Shown here one piece after another: positions 63,023-64,000 of a DNA stretch of 64,000 bases. The DNA lies in the NCBI GenBank assembly GCA_013239625.1, contig MU054323.1:14388029-14452028 (forward strand). Reading direction: 5' to 3'. The DNA is from Lama guanicoe (taxonomy: Eukaryota). Numbering within the stretch: the stretch's first letter is position 1; each line of letters opens with the position of its first letter. The notes beneath the pieces were generated by a model. That model ran no database searches, was not told the origin of the DNA, and saw only the letters and a program-made list of their open reading frames with translations. The position numbers and the translations under genes were made by a program.

Positions 63023-63463
63023 TGTGGAAAGAAGCAATGACCATCTAAATGAGAATGTACAGTACATAACCTGTTTATTCAGAGCTTGCTATAGCAACAA
63101 AATCAGCCACCATCACTTGTGTTTGGCAGAGAGTCAAAGGTAGGCCGGGGGATGGGAAAGCTTTGCAATGGGGGAAGAAAAGTAACCCTTCAGGTATGCC
63201 TAGATTGCAGGATGCTGACATGGGTAAGCTAGAGGTGGGCTAACTAGAGATTCAGCATCCTAGGGAGCATATTTGGTTTTCTCTGATTGAAAGTAAGGAT
63301 GAGGGAATAAAAATTTGGGAAGCTGGCAGTCGCTGACCAAGTCCTGAATATTTGGGAAAAATTGCTACAGTAGTTGTAGTTTGACTTCCCAGAATAGTGG
63401 CTACAGGATTGTGCTCATAGTTCTATTTTTCACATGATCTGGTCACTGTTCCATTGTCTCTCA
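63023..63463 (-). mobile_element. ERV1-class solo LTR (MER90/MER110-like)
   Basis: TG...CA termini with 4-bp flanks ctct/ccct; 'tttattcagagcttgctatagcaa...cagccaccatcacttgtgtttggcagagagtcaaagg'. Confidence 0.72.
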
Positions 63464-64000
63464 CCCTAAACTCCAAAAGAAGGCTACTTTTAGAAACTAG
63501 CTCCTGCTTCTGGTCCTGGCTTTCTACAGCAGACCGTGTGTCTGCTGGTGAGTGGGGCCTGAATAGATACTCTGCTTTCTTAAACTTCTTCTGATAGGGA
63601 CATGTGATCACATGAAGAAGGGCCTCTCAAGTGTATGACAAGGCCATTTGGTTTCCACAGTGGTTTTGAAGGTAGATGCATAATTTAAAATAACAGTTTT
63701 CCAAATATTTAATTTTCCTCCTGATCTACACAAAGCAAACTGTTCCTTAGAAAATATACTACTATTCCATCTCCATTTTCACTTCTTTTTCTCCAGAATA
63801 ATTTCACTTTTCTTCTATCCTTTAATATCTGCTTCACAGAGAATAATAGATTTTCATTCTGAAATCTAGTTTGTGTCACCTGGACCAGGTAAACCACAGT
63901 GATTCGAATCAAGAAGCAGATAAATCATGTGTGATTGATAAAGGAGTTATATGCTGGCAATGGAAAGTGAATTACAGTAAAGAATAATCGGCTCTGTCTA

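Overview
This is AT-rich, CpG-poor mammalian nuclear DNA, intergenic or deep-intronic, and most likely camelid (camel/alpaca/llama). The taxon call rests on a vic-1-type tRNA-derived SINE and camelid-type L1 3' ends; I saw no Alu, B1/B2, BovB/Bov-A, PRE1 or SINEC. No protein-coding gene, RNA gene, CRISPR array or prokaryotic system can be supported. The recognisable ORFs in the track are decayed LINE-1 ORF2 pieces; the rest come from repeats or chance. A large part of the window is transposon debris: MaLR LTRs (MLT1A0/B/C), ERVL/ERV1 LTRs, ancient and young L1, L2, MIR, MER33 and microsatellites. The most notable structures are: (1) a ~450-bp L1-mobilised retrocopy of non-autonomous mosaic sequence with AATAAA, a poly(A) tail and a 16-bp TSD at 17031-17515; (2) a twin-primed, 5'-inverted L1 at 44163-46806; (3) an MLT1B LTR followed by a consensus splice donor and a well-defined downstream exon on the minus strand, a candidate LTR-initiated transcript, plus several other minus-strand exon-like signals; (4) a SINE abutting an L1 tail inside a MIR; (5) nested L1/MaLR insertions and several short tandem duplications. 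Repeat family names come from recall of consensus sequences, not from a search, and boundaries of old repeats are approximate. I found no convincing novel biological system.
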